A DNA stretch of 64,000 bases from an uncultured Actinomycetes bacterium. GTDB lineage: Bacteria; Actinomycetota; Acidimicrobiia; Acidimicrobiales; JACCXE01. Within the stretch, counting starts at the first letter, position 1. Every line of letters starts with the position of its first letter. Below the pieces are notes generated by a model. That model was not told the origin of the DNA. It made no database searches and saw only the letters and a program-made list of their open reading frames with translations. The stretch lies in assembly GCA_963718605.1 (NCBI GenBank), contig OY970363.1:50404-114403 (forward strand). Reading direction: 5' to 3'. The position numbers and the translations under genes are program-made. Positions 1 through 10,448 of the stretch are shown one piece after another.

Positions 1-10
1 GGGCCGTTTC

Positions 11-448
11 TCAGGGGTTCGGTGCGAGGGCGAAGAACAGGCGGGCTTTGCAGGTCGCTTTGCCTTCAACGGTCGACTGGGCCACGCCCCAACCGCCCTT
101 GGTACTGAGCCGTTCCATCGTGACGTCGAGCACCAACTCGTCGCCCGGTTTCACCATGCGGCGAAACCGCACTTCCTCGACCCCACCGAACAGTGGGAGC
201 CGGCCGGCGAAGCGTTCGTCGCTCAGCACGGCAATCGCGCCCGTCTGGGCCAGCGCTTCTAGCTGTATTACGCCCGGAAACACGGGGTTTCCGGGGAAGT
301 GACCGGCGAGAAAGGGCTCGTCGCCCGTCACCAGGTAGCGACCGACGCACCGTTCGCCCACGACCAACTCGTCCACCGAATCGACGAAACGGAACGGGGG
401 CCGATGAGGCAGGAGGCCGACGAGGTCAGCCGAATTGGGCAGCGTCAC
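11..448 (-). CDS. fabZ: 3-hydroxyacyl-ACP dehydratase FabZ
   Basis: LPHRPPFRFVD and FLAGHFPGNPVFPGVIQLEALAQ hot-dog motifs; GTG start at 448; C-terminal part of the 408-aa track ORF. Confidence 0.92.
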   Translation of the reverse strand: MTLPNSADLVGLLPHRPPFRFVDSVDELVVGERCVGRYLVTGDEPFLAGHFPGNPVFPGVIQLEALAQTGAIAVLSDERFAGRLPLFGGVEEVRFRRMVKPGDELVLDVTMERLSTKGGWGVAQSTVEGKATCKARLFFALAPNP

Positions 449-458
449 CCGGCCGACG

Positions 459-1207
459 TTACGACGGGAACGTCGCGTCGATGGCGGAGAGCGCGGCGTG
501 CAGCGCCTCGCGCTCTTGCTCGGTGCCGACGTTGGCCAACTCCTTCGACATCGCCATCGACCAGCGTGCGTTCGACGTGGTAGCCGACGAGCCACGACGC
601 GGCTTGCACCATCATCGAGAACGCGTCGGCGAACTCTTCGGTGGCCTCGGGGTGCGGCTCGCCCTTGAGCATCGGCTCGCGCACGTAGCGCAGGAACAGC
701 TTCGAGGCGCCCTCGGCCAAAAGCTCGCTGCGTTTCGATCTGGTACTTGGCGACCGCCATGAACTCCTCCATGGGCACGCCCGCGCTGACCAGGGCTAAC
801 AGCATGCGCACGGCGCGGACATCGGCCCGGCTGTAGGGCCGCTCGGGGTCGTCGGCTGGCAGTGGACGCAGGATGCCCGACCCCTCGAGCGACCGCAGCA
901 TCGACGGTGGCACCCGGGCGCGCTCGGCCAACTCGGCGCGGGTGAGTCGCTCGTCGGCGCCGTCTTCGGCCGGGTCGGCCCATGGGCTGTCCTGCCCGGC
1001 CGACAGCACGTCGGCGACGGCCCGCAGCGACAGGCCCTTGGCCTTGAGCGCCTTGATCTTGATGAGGCGATCGAGGTGGCTCGAGTCGTAAATCGCGGTG
1101 CGGCCCTCGTGGCGGGGCGCCACCAGCAAGCCCTTGGACTGATACGAGCGCACGACCTCCACGGACAGGCCGGCGGCCTCCGCAAGTTGTCGCACATCGT
1201 AAGTCAT
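459..1207 (-). CDS. MerR-family regulator with two HTH domains (two apparent frameshifts, near 722 and 556)
   Basis: YDVRQLAEAAGLSVEVVRSYQSKGLL and LTRAELAERARVPPSMLRSLEGSGIL; reading continues in two other frames to ...DATFPS* (TAA 459-461); divergent from fabD. Confidence 0.75.
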
Positions 1208-1255
1208 CGCCATAGAAATGTAATACAGCCGAATCACAATGTTCGACCAATCTGT

Positions 1256-1266
1256 GTAACCATTAC
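1256..1266. promoter_or_regulatory. Palindrome GTAA-CCA-TTAC in the AT-rich merR/fabD divergent promoter region, candidate operator
   Basis: Short inverted repeat between divergent genes; function inferred from position only. Confidence 0.3.
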
Positions 1267-1320
1267 GTCAGTCACGGAGTCGAAAAGCTCTGTACGGGCG
1301 TCGAGAGGAGGTTGGTTCGC

Positions 1321-2191
1321 GTGAGCGTTGCGGTTGTTTTCCCAGGTCAGGGCAGTCAGGCAACAGGAATGGGCCTTGAGCTGCGCGACCTTCCGGCGTG
1401 GCACCTCGTCGAAGACGCCGAGGAAATTCTCGCCACCTCGCTCTCGCCGCTGCTCCTCGGTGACGAGCTCAAGACCACCCAAGCCGCGCAAATGGCCGTG
1501 CTGCTGCACTCCTTGGTGCGCTGGGAAACGCAGAAGGACGAGATCGGCACCGACATCGCGTCCTTCGCCGGCCACTCGCTCGGTCAGATGACCGCCCTGA
1601 TCGCTTCCGGCGCGCTCAGCTTCGAGGTCGGCGTGCAGGTCGCAGCCAAGCGCGCCGCGGTCACCCAAGACGCCGCCGACAACCGGCCCGGCGTCATGGC
1701 GGCGCTGCTTGGCGCCACCGACGAGCAGGCCGCCGCCGCCGTCGCCGGCACGCCCGACTCGTGCTGGGTCGCCAACATCAACGCTCCCGGCCAGATCGTC
1801 ATCGCCGGTACACCCGAGGGCCTCGGCCAGCGCCACCGAAGCGGCCAAGGCCGCGGGCATGCGCAAGGTCATGCCGCTCGACGTCGCCGCCGCGTTCCAC
1901 ACGCCGCTCATGGACGACGCCGCCATCGGGTTCGCCGAGTACCTGCCGTCGATCGACTTCGCCGCTCCGTCGGCACCGATCGTCTCGAACGAAGACGGCG
2001 TCGCCTACACCGACGGCGACGGCTGGAAGACCCGCCTCGTCTCGCATCTCGTCAAGCCCGTCCGCTGGGCCGACTCGATGATCACGATCGACTCCCTGGG
2101 CCCGTCATCTCTTCGTGAGGTCGGCCCCGGAACAACTCTCACAGGCCTCGCCAAGCGATGCCTCCCCGACACCGAATGGGTGACCTCCTAA
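1321..2191 (+). CDS. fabD: Malonyl-CoA:ACP transacylase FabD (frameshift near 1829)
   Basis: VFPGQGSQ, GHSLG, NINAPGQIVIAG, then AFHTPLM, PVRW and EVGPG in the next frame; GAGGAGG RBS. Confidence 0.9.
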
Positions 2192-2468
2192 ATGTCTCTT
2201 GCTGTTCGAACTCGCCGAATACACCGAAGTTGCCGAGAAGCTGATCTTGGCGCCGTCTCGCGGCGTCGTGCGCGTGCTCGACCCGGCGGTGGTTACCGCC
2301 GAGGGCGAAATCGTCGAGGTCGGCCAGCCGATCGCCATCATCACCAACTCCGGTGACGAGATCGAGGCGTGCAGCCGGTTCAACGGGTTCTTCATGGAGA
2401 TGCTGGTGGAGTCGGGCGAACGCGTCCGCGCCGGTCAGCCCCTCGCCTGGCTCCGCACCTTCGGCTAG
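2192..2468 (+). CDS. Biotinyl/lipoyl-attachment-fold protein lacking the acceptor lysine
   Basis: APSRG...GEIVEVGQPIAII...SRFNG...LVESGERVRAGQPLAWL repeats the BCCP/lipoyl hammerhead pattern; start either ATG 2192 with a frameshift near 2207 or TTG 2199. Confidence 0.7.
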
Positions 2469-2481
2469 AAGGCCTTTTCTA

Positions 2482-3416
2482 ATGGCTGCCATCGTCGGCA
2501 TGGGCACGGCGTTGCCCGACGGTCGTCTGACCAACGCAGATCTCGAGAAGACCCTCGACACCACCGACGCGTGGATCGTCGAGCGCACCGGCATCAAGGA
2601 ACGCCGCATCGCCGGACCCGGTGAAGACGCCGTCACGCTCGCCACCGCCGCGTGCGCCGAAGCGATCAAGGACTCGGGCCTCGACCACCGAAGAGATCGA
2701 CCTGTTGGTCGTGGCCACGATCACTCCCCCACGCCGGCTGCCCGCCGCGTCGGCGCTACGTGCAGGACAACCTCGGCTTGCGTTGCGGGGCGTTCGACCT
2801 CGTGGCCGCCTGTTCCGGCTTCGTCTACTCGCTACGTGATGGCCGACGCCTACGTGAACGCCGGCAACGCGCGCTCAGCGCTCATCGTCGGCGCCGAGAC
2901 GATCAGCTCGATCGTCGACCCGACCGACCGCGGCACCAAGATCCTGTTCGGCGACGGCGCCGCTGCCGCCGTGATCGTGCCGTCGGCACCGGGCTACGGC
3001 ATCCTCGGATCCGACCTCGGCTGCGACGGATCGGCGGCGGACATCCTCGCGATCGAGCCGCGGCGAGCAATACGCCCACATGGACGGCAAGGAAGTCTTC
3101 CGTCGCGCCGTGCGCGCCTGCATCGCCTCGGCGGAGACAGCGCTGGAGCGCGCGGGCGTCAACGCGAGCGAGATCGACCTGTTCGTGCCGCACCAGGCGA
3201 ACGGTCGCATCATCGACGCGATCATCGAGCGCATTGGTTTGGACAATGCTCGTACCGTGCGCAACCTCGATATGTACGGCAACACGTCGGCCGCGTCGAT
3301 TCCGCTGGCGCTGGCCGAAGGCGCAACCCAACGACGGCGACCTCGTCCTGCTGTGCGGCTTCGGCGCCGGCATGACGTGGGCGAGCGCTGTTGTGCGCTG
3401 GGGCACCGGCCTGTGA
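2482..3416 (+). CDS. fabH: Beta-ketoacyl-ACP synthase III FabH (several frameshifts)
   Basis: WIVERTGIKERR, AACSGFVY, LFGDGAAA, MDGKEVF, PHQAN, YGNTSAASIP and GFGAGMTW motifs spread across three frames. Confidence 0.9.
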
Positions 3417-3426
3417 GAGCGAACCG

Positions 3427-4160
3427 ATGACCGAGCAGCCGCGGTTGCGTTCGTAACCGGTGCCGGTGCCGGCATCGGGCGCGCGTGCGCGGTCGCGCTG
3501 GCTGAAGCGGGCATGCGCGTCGCCGTCGGATTCGGCGGCAACAAGGAAGGCGCGAACGAAACCGCGTCCATGTGCGGCGGCCTCGCCGTAGAAGTGGACG
3601 TGAGCGACTCCGCGTCGGTCGACAACGCGTTCAAGCAGATCGAGGCCGACCTCGGGCCTGTCACCGTGCTGGTCAACAACGCCGGCGTCACGGGCGACGG
3701 CTTGCTGCTGCGCATGAAGGACGACGACTGGCAGAAGGTGCTGCGCGTCAACCTCGACGGCGCCTTCCACTGCATTCGCCGCGCGACACCCGGAATGATG
3801 AAGGCGCGCTTCGGCCGCATCGTCAACATGGGCTCGGTCGTCGGGCTCACGGGCTCGGCCGGCCAGGTCAATTACGCCGCCGCGAAGGCCGGCCTCGTCG
3901 GCCTGTCCCGCTCAGTCGCACGCGAGCTCGCGTCGCGCAACGTCACCTGCAACGTGGTCGCACCCGGCCCGATCGCCACCGCGATGACCGACGCGCTGAG
4001 CGACGAACGCGTCGCTGCGATTACGGACGCGGTGCCGGCCGGACGCATGGGAACGACCGAGGAAGTGGCCGCCACCGTGGCCTTCTTGTGCAGCGCCGCC
4101 GCGGCGTACATCACCGGCGCAGTCATCCCCGTCGATGGCGGCCTCGGCCTCGGCCACTAA
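3427..4160 (+). CDS. fabG: 3-oxoacyl-ACP reductase FabG (frameshift near 3445)
   Basis: VTGAGAGIG upstream of the track start, NNAG, YAAAK, GAVIPVDGG. Confidence 0.9.
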
Positions 4161-4223
4161 CGCCACAAACGGCTAGACCTAACACTCAGATCGCTTTCAA
4201 ACCCATCAAGGAGAACCAAAGAA

Positions 4224-4466
4224 ATGTCCCGTGACGAAGTCCTCGGCGTAATGCGTGACGCGGCGGTCGAGCTGCTGAAGGTCGACCCGGCCAAGGTCAC
4301 CGAAGAGGCCACCTTCGCCGATGATCTCGAAGCCGACAGCCTCGACGTCGTCGAGCTCGTGATGGCGCTCGAAGAGAAGCTCGACATCAGCATCCCCGAG
4401 GAAGAGCTCGAAGGCATCAAGACCGTGGGCGAGGCGCTCGACGTCATCGCGGCCAAGGTCGCGTAG
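4224..4466 (+). CDS. acpP: Acyl carrier protein
   Basis: [18 protein letters not shown] phosphopantetheine site; AAGGAG RBS. Confidence 0.95.
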   Translation: MSRDEVLGVMRDAAVELLKVDPAKVTEEATFADDLEADSLDVVELVMALEEKLDISIPEEELEGIKTVGEALDVIAAKVA

Positions 4467-4474
4467 GTCTCGCA

Positions 4475-5712
4475 GTGAGCGAACGTCGACGCGTCGTCGT
4501 TACCGGCATGGGCGTGAAGTCCGCGGCCGGCAACACCATCGACGCCTTCTGGGACACGTTGCTGGCCGGGGCGCGCACGGCGGCCGGGCCGATCGAGCGC
4601 GTCGACGTGTCGGACTGGCCGGTTGGCTTCGCGTGTGAAGTGAAGGACTTCGATCCCGAGGCCTACATCGAGGCGAAGGAAGTCCGGCGGACTGACCGCG
4701 TCGCACAACTCGGCTACGCCGCGGCGGTTGACGCGCTCAACCAAGCGGGCGACCTGGGCCTCGACCCGGCGCGCATCGGCGTCGTTGCCGGCACCGGCGT
4801 CGGCGGCCTCGAAACCCAAGAGCGCGAAGAAATCGTCGTCTACGAAAAGGGCAAGACCCGCGTCTCGCCGTTCCTCGTGCCGATGATGATGACCAACGCG
4901 ACGGCGGCGATGATCTCGATGGGTCACGGCTTCCGCGGCCCGAACCTGTGCATCGCTACGGCGTGCGCGGCGGGCACGAACGCGATCGGCGAGGCCGCGC
5001 ACATCATTCGCTACGGCGGCGCGGACGCGATCATCGCCGGCGGTTCTGAAGCGGCGATCACGACCGTCGGCATGGCGGCGTTCGCCCGCATGGGCGCGCT
5101 GTCGACGCGCCGCGACGACCCCTCAACCGCCTCACGTCCGTTCGACGCGACGTCGTGACGGATTCGTGATGGGCGAAGCCGGGGCGTTCCTGGTGCTCGA
5201 GGAGTACGAGCACGCCGTCGGGCGAGGCGCGACGATCCTCGGGGAGATTCTCGGTTACGGCCGCAACGCCGACGCGCACCACATCACCGCGCCATCGCCC
5301 GACGGCGCGGGCGCCATCAACTGCATGGAACTCGCGATTGCCGACGCCGGCCTGACCCCGGCCGACATCGGCCACGTCAACGCGCACGGCACGTCGACAC
5401 CGCTCAACGACGCCGCCGAGTCCCAGGCGATCTACAAGGTGTTCAACGGCAATTCGCCCGCCAGTCGTTTCGACCAAGGGCGTCACCGGCCACTGCATCG
5501 GTGCGGCCGGCGCAGTCGAGGCCATCGCCGCGTTGCTCGCGGTGCGCGACGGCAAGGTTCCGCCGACCGCCAACCACACCGAGAAGGGCGAAGGCATCGA
5601 GGTCGACGTCGTGCACGGCTCGCCTCGTGAGGTCGGCCCGGCACCGGCGCTTTCGAACTCGTTCGGCTTCGGCGGACACAACGCGAGCCTGGTAATCGGC
5701 CCGGCCGAGTAG
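4475..5712 (+). CDS. fabF: Beta-ketoacyl-ACP synthase II FabF (frameshifts near 5150 and 5460)
   Basis: [26 protein letters not shown], then GHCIGAAG and [12 protein letters not shown] ending at TAG 5710-5712. Confidence 0.9.
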
Positions 5713-5715
5713 ACC

Positions 5716-7075
5716 GTGGCTCTTCTCGCGCTCGGCACGGCGCGCCTGGGTGGCGCGCAAGCCGAAATCCGCGAGTTGGGCGGCCAACGCGTCGGATGGT
5801 TCCGGCTCGCCGATGAGCCCGACGACGAAGCAGACGGCCGCGGCGCGATCGGTCCCGACGAGGCGGACTCGGTCGCGCGCCTGATCCATCTCGCCACCGA
5901 CACCGGCATGCCGATCGTGGGCGTGCTGGCCGTGTCGGGCACCGACGTGCGCCACGGCGTGGCGTCGCTCGTCGCGTGGGGGCGCATCGCGTCCGCGCTT
6001 GGTGGACGCGTCGGGAGTGGTGCCGATCGCGATGGCGGTAATCGGGCCGTGCGCCGCGGGTCCGGCGTTGCTGATCGGGCATCGCGGACGTAGTCGTGTT
6101 CACCGCAGGACGCCACCGCGTTCGTTTCCGGGCCCGCCGCGGTGATGGGCATGACGGGCGAGGAGATGTCGCCGTTCGACCTCGGGGGCGCCGTGATTCA
6201 CTCGACCGAGAGCGGCATCGCCGCGCTGGTCGCCCCCGACGAAGCGAGTGCCATCGACGCGATCTCCGTGGTGCTCGCGTACCTGCCGGCCAACAACCAC
6301 GAGCTGCCGCCGTGGGCGATGAACGACGACGTGATCGACCGTGACTGCGAGGCAAACGTTCCCGGACTCACCCAACGCGGGCTACGACGTGCGCAGCGTC
6401 ATCGACGAGGTGTGCGACCGCGGTTCGTTGTTCGAACTCTGGGCGCGCCACGCCGCCAACGCGGTGGTCGGCTTCGCGCGCGTCGACGGCTATCCCGTCG
6501 GCGTCATCGCGAACCAGCCCGCGTGGCTCGCGGGAACGCTCGACATCGAGGCGTCCACCAAGGCGGCGCGCTTCGTGCAGCTGTGCGACGCGTTCAACGT
6601 GCCGCTGCTGACCTTCGTCGACACGCCCGGCTTCCAACCGGGCAAGGACCTCGAGTGGCGCGGCATGATCCGCCACGGCGCCAAGTTGGTGCACGCCTAC
6701 GCCGCAGCCACGGTGCCGCGCGTGTGCGTGATCCTGCGCAAGGCGTACGGCGGCGCGTACATCGTGATGGACAGCCGCGGCATGGGCAGCGACTTCGTCG
6801 TGTCGTGGCCGAACGCCGAGATCGCCGTGATGGGCGCGGCCGGCGCGATCGGGCTGCTGTACGGCCGGCGCGAATTGCCGCCCGAGGAAATGACCGCGCT
6901 GATCGACCAGTACCAGGCCGACTACTGCACGCCGCGGGTCGCGTCCGAACGGGGCTACGTCGACGCCGTGATCGAGCCGACCGAGACGCGCCGCGTCGTG
7001 GTCGGCGCGTTCGAGGCGCTGCGCTCAAAGCGCGAACACCTCCCCAAACGGCGTCACGCCAATCCTCCTCAGTAA
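5716..7075 (+). CDS. Acyl-CoA carboxylase carboxyltransferase (AccD/PccB-like; several frameshifts)
   Basis: GVIANQP, VDTPGF, GMIRHGAKL, RKAYGGAYIVM, AEIAVMG, GYVDAVIEP, KRRHANPP; the N-terminal half is short and divergent. Confidence 0.82.
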
Positions 7076-7087
7076 GGATCTGCATTC

Positions 7088-7858
7088 ATGTTGCTCGAAG
7101 GTAAGAAGATCGTCGTCACCGGCGTGCTCACAGATGCGTCGATCGCGTTCGACGTGGCCCGCATCGCGCAAGAACAAGGCGCCGAGATCGTGTTGACGTC
7201 GTTCGGCCGCGCCATGTCGCTCACGCAACGCGTCGCGAAACGCCTCCCGACCACGCCTGACGTGCTGGAACTCGACGCCACGTCGAACGAGAACATCAAA
7301 GCCGCCGCTGACGCGCTTGCCTCGCAATGGGGACGAGTGGACGGCGTGGTGCACGCCATCGGATTCGCACCCGCTGCCTGCCTGGGCGAGAACATTTTCG
7401 AAGCGCAGTGGGACGACGTCGCGACCGCGATGCAAGTGTCGACATACTCGTTGAAGGCGCTGGCCGAAGGGTTCCTGCCGCTATTGCAAGCCGCGGGCGG
7501 CGGGTCGATCGTCGGCCTCGACTTCGACGCGACGAAAGCGTTCCCGATGTACAACTGGATGGGCGTGGCCAAGGCTGCGCTCGAGTCGCTGTCGCGTTAC
7601 CTCGCCCGCGACCTCGGCCCGTCGAACGTGCGATGCAACCTCGTGGCCGCCGGTCCGCTGCGCACGATGGCGGCCAAGTCCATCCCCGGCTTCGGCCAGT
7701 TCGAAGACATCTGGGGCGACCGGGCTCCCCTCGGCTGGGACCTCAACGACCGTGAACCCGCCGCCAAGGCCGTCGTGGCCCTACTGAGCGACTGGTTCCC
7801 CGCAACAACCGGCGAAATCATCCACGTAGACGGCGGCTTCCACGCCGTCGGCGCCTAG
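7088..7858 (+). CDS. fabI: Enoyl-ACP reductase FabI/InhA
   Basis: VTGVLTDASIAF, HAIGFAP, YNWMGVAKAALES, TTGEIIHVDGG. Confidence 0.95.
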   Translation: MLLEGKKIVVTGVLTDASIAFDVARIAQEQGAEIVLTSFGRAMSLTQRVAKRLPTTPDVLELDATSNENIKAAADALASQWGRVDGVVHAIGFAPAACLGENIFEAQWDDVATAMQVSTYSLKALAEGFLPLLQAAGGGSIVGLDFDATKAFPMYNWMGVAKAALESLSRYLARDLGPSNVRCNLVAAGPLRTMAAKSIPGFGQFEDIWGDRAPLGWDLNDREPAAKAVVALLSDWFPATTGEIIHVDGGFHAVGA

Positions 7859-7872
7859 TTCGAACCCAACCC

Positions 7873-7930
7873 CTTCGTTCTTGTAATCCTCAGTAGCAAA
7901 AACCCGGCGATTCCGGATACAAGAATGAGG
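7873..7930. repeat. REP-like palindrome family A, copy 1 (between convergent genes; may act as terminator)
   Basis: CTTCGTTCTTGTAATCC...GGATACAAGAATGAGG; closely similar to 16551-16607. Confidence 0.75.
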
Positions 7931-7932
7931 CT

Positions 7933-8397
7933 TTACGCGTTCTCGGCGATCGCCTTCAACCTGTTCAACGTTTGGGTCATGCCGTCGCGGTTGGTTTTGC
8001 CGCGGGCCCAGCCGAGGGCGGTCCAGTAGAGCTTGGTGAGGAGGTTCGGGACGAGTTGGAAGTACTCGGTGACGTCGGTGCCGCCGTCCTTGGCCTCGAA
8101 CCGGTAACCCCACGTGTTGACCATCACCTTGTCGGTGCCGACGCCGAAACCGAACACCTTGCCCGGCTCGCACTCGGTGACGGTGCACGTCGTCCAGTAC
8201 GTCGGGCCGCGTCCGTTGCGCTTCACGTGGCCGCGGAACTTTGCGCCGACCGCGGGACCCGTGGCGCCGTCGAGCCACTCGGCCTCGAAGGTCTCGGGCG
8301 ACAACTCGCCGATGCGAGTGACATCGGACGCGATGTTCCAACAAGTCATCGGATCAGCATTGACGTGAACGGTGACCGAATCTCCCAAGCTGGTCAT
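7933..8397 (-). CDS. SRPBCC (polyketide cyclase/START-like) family protein
   Basis: WNIASDVTRIGELSPE, GAKFRGHVKR, WGYRFE, GMTQTLNRLKAIAE. Confidence 0.85.
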   Translation of the reverse strand: MTSLGDSVTVHVNADPMTCWNIASDVTRIGELSPETFEAEWLDGATGPAVGAKFRGHVKRNGRGPTYWTTCTVTECEPGKVFGFGVGTDKVMVNTWGYRFEAKDGGTDVTEYFQLVPNLLTKLYWTALGWARGKTNRDGMTQTLNRLKAIAENA

Positions 8398-9857
8398 CGG
8401 AAGTTGCTCGCGAACTCGATGAGGGTGCGGACGCCGAAGCCGGTGCCGCCCTTGACGATCTCGCCCTCTTGCTCGGAAGCGCGGGCCGGTCCGGCGATGT
8501 CGAGGTGCGCCCACGGCAGCCCGTCGACGAACTCTTTGAGGAACATCGCGCCCGCGATGGTGCCGGCCTGACCGACGGCGCCGATGTTCTTGATGTCGGC
8601 GATGTCGGAGTCGATGTGCTTGCGATAAATGTCGGGCAGCGGAAGTTGCCAGATCGGCTCACCGGCCGCGGTCGCCGCGTCCTTCACCTTTTGGATTAGA
8701 GCCTCGTTGTTGCCGAGGATGGCCGCGATCCGGTTCCCGAGCGCGACCACCTGCGCGCCCGTGAGTGTGGCCGCATCGACAATCGCGGCCGGCTTTTCCT
8801 CGGCGGCCAGCGCCAGCCCGTCGGACAGCACGAGCCGACCTTCCGCGTCGGTGTTGAGCACTTCCATCGTCACGCCGTTGCGAGCGCGCAACACGTCGCC
8901 CGGCTTGATCGCCTTGGGTCCCGGCATGTTCTCGGTGCATGCGGCCAGAGCGACGACACGCGTCTTCACGCCCAGCGCGGCACACGCCGCGGTCGCGTTG
9001 AGTACCGCAGCGGCACCCCCCATGTCGGTCTTCATCGTCTCCATGCCGACGGCGGTCTTCAGCGACAGGCCGCCCGAGTCGAACGTGATGCCCTTGCCCA
9101 CGAGGAAGATGGTCTTCTTCGCGTTCGGCGGGTTGTACTCGAGGCGAATCAGGCGGGGCGGCTGGTCGGATCCGAGCGACACGCCGCGCAGCGCGCCGAG
9201 GCCTTCCTTCTCGATCCTCTTCTCGTCCCAAATCGTCGCCGTGAGTGTGGGTGACTCTTCGGCGAGGGCTTTCACGGCGTTGGCCATGTCCGTCGGGTTT
9301 AACTCGCCGGCGGGCTCGTTCACCCAGTCGCGCGCGTTGCACACGAAGCGGGCGACGATCACGCCACGATCGAGGCCCTGCTGCAGCTTGACCTTGGCTG
9401 TGGTCAGCACCGTGACGGTCGCGATGGCGTCGGCCTCGCCCGGCTTCTTGAGACGGGTGAACTTGTAGAGGCCGAGCAGCATGCCTTCGGCTAGTGCTTG
9501 ACCGAAGGATTTGGGATCGAGCCCGTCGGCCGGCGGGCCGGTCATCGCCACACGCGCATGACGCCGCGCGGCGCGAGCTCCGACCGCCAGCGCCGAGCGA
9601 ACGTTGTCGGCCGATGACCCATCGATAGGCCCAGCCCCTACGCCGATGATCGTTGTGCCATCCGGAGCCGGCACTGAGTGCGTCGAGCCGACCTTGCCCG
9701 TGATGCCCGCCGCCTTGAGGTGCGCGGCGTCGAGGTACTCGGCCCCGGCCGCCGTCGGCGGAACGAAGGGTCCGTCGTCCGTCGAGAAGATCGGAACGAT
9801 GATCGCGTCGACCCCGTCGGCCGGAAGATCCTTCGCGGCGGTGAATGTGATCGGCAT
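8394..9857 (-). CDS. pepA: Leucyl aminopeptidase (M17)
   Basis: VGKGITFDSGG, MKTDMGG, NTDAEGRL, WAHLDIAG. Confidence 0.95.
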   Translation of the reverse strand: MPITFTAAKDLPADGVDAIIVPIFSTDDGPFVPPTAAGAEYLDAAHLKAAGITGKVGSTHSVPAPDGTTIIGVGAGPIDGSSADNVRSALAVGARAARRHARVAMTGPPADGLDPKSFGQALAEGMLLGLYKFTRLKKPGEADAIATVTVLTTAKVKLQQGLDRGVIVARFVCNARDWVNEPAGELNPTDMANAVKALAEESPTLTATIWDEKRIEKEGLGALRGVSLGSDQPPRLIRLEYNPPNAKKTIFLVGKGITFDSGGLSLKTAVGMETMKTDMGGAAAVLNATAACAALGVKTRVVALAACTENMPGPKAIKPGDVLRARNGVTMEVLNTDAEGRLVLSDGLALAAEEKPAAIVDAATLTGAQVVALGNRIAAILGNNEALIQKVKDAATAAGEPIWQLPLPDIYRKHIDSDIADIKNIGAVGQAGTIAGAMFLKEFVDGLPWAHLDIAGPARASEQEGEIVKGGTGFGVRTLIEFASNFR

Positions 9858-10399
9858 TACGTGACGTCCTTTGTCCGGAGGGTGGTGTCACCCTCGACCC
9901 AGCGGGCCATGGCCCACAGCAAACTCGACAGGCGATTCAGGTACGGGAGGGCGAGCGAGCCCTCGCCGGCTGCCGACACCGCGTGACGCTCGCATCGCCG
10001 CACGACGGCGCGCGCCACGTCGAGCGCGGCCGCGCCGGCGTTCTGGCCAGGCACGACGAACGATTTCGGCACCTCGAACTTGGATTCGACCAAGTCCACG
10101 TGCGCTTCGAGCGCGTCGAGCATCGGTTGGTCGACCGCCATCTGCCCCGGCGTCAGCTTGTGGCGGTTCTCAGGCGCGGTGGCCAACTCGGCCATCAACA
10201 CCCAGAGGTCGCGGGCGACGTGGACGAGCAGCTCGTCGACCTCGCTCCCGGGCTCGAACTGCACGCGGGCCAGTCCGATGAACGCCTGCGCCTCGTCTAC
10301 GGCGCCGTAGGCCATAGGCAACGCCGAATCCTTCGGCACCCGCCCGCCGTAGAGCAGACCGGTCGTGCCGTCGTCACCCTTGCCCGTGTAGTGCGCCAT
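9857..10399 (-). CDS. PduO-type ATP:cob(I)alamin adenosyltransferase
   Basis: YTGKGDDGTTGL, AYGAVDE, ARAVVRRCER, YLNRLSSLLW. Confidence 0.92.
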   Translation of the reverse strand: MAHYTGKGDDGTTGLLYGGRVPKDSALPMAYGAVDEAQAFIGLARVQFEPGSEVDELLVHVARDLWVLMAELATAPENRHKLTPGQMAVDQPMLDALEAHVDLVESKFEVPKSFVVPGQNAGAAALDVARAVVRRCERHAVSAAGEGSLALPYLNRLSSLLWAMARWVEGDTTLRTKDVT

Positions 10400-10448
10400 G
10401 TGGTGCTCCAACTTATTCGGCGGTTGCGTCCACTACCTTCCCGCTCGT

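Noticed and set aside
11-1237. 408-aa MerR-FabZ fusion in the ORF track
   Set aside because: The middle segment is out-of-frame junk created by indels; merR ends at 459 and fabZ starts at 448.
1321-7858. fab cluster as a type II PKS, aryl polyene or ladderane cluster
   Set aside because: Single FabF, no chain-length factor or tailoring genes; the content is standard FAS II.
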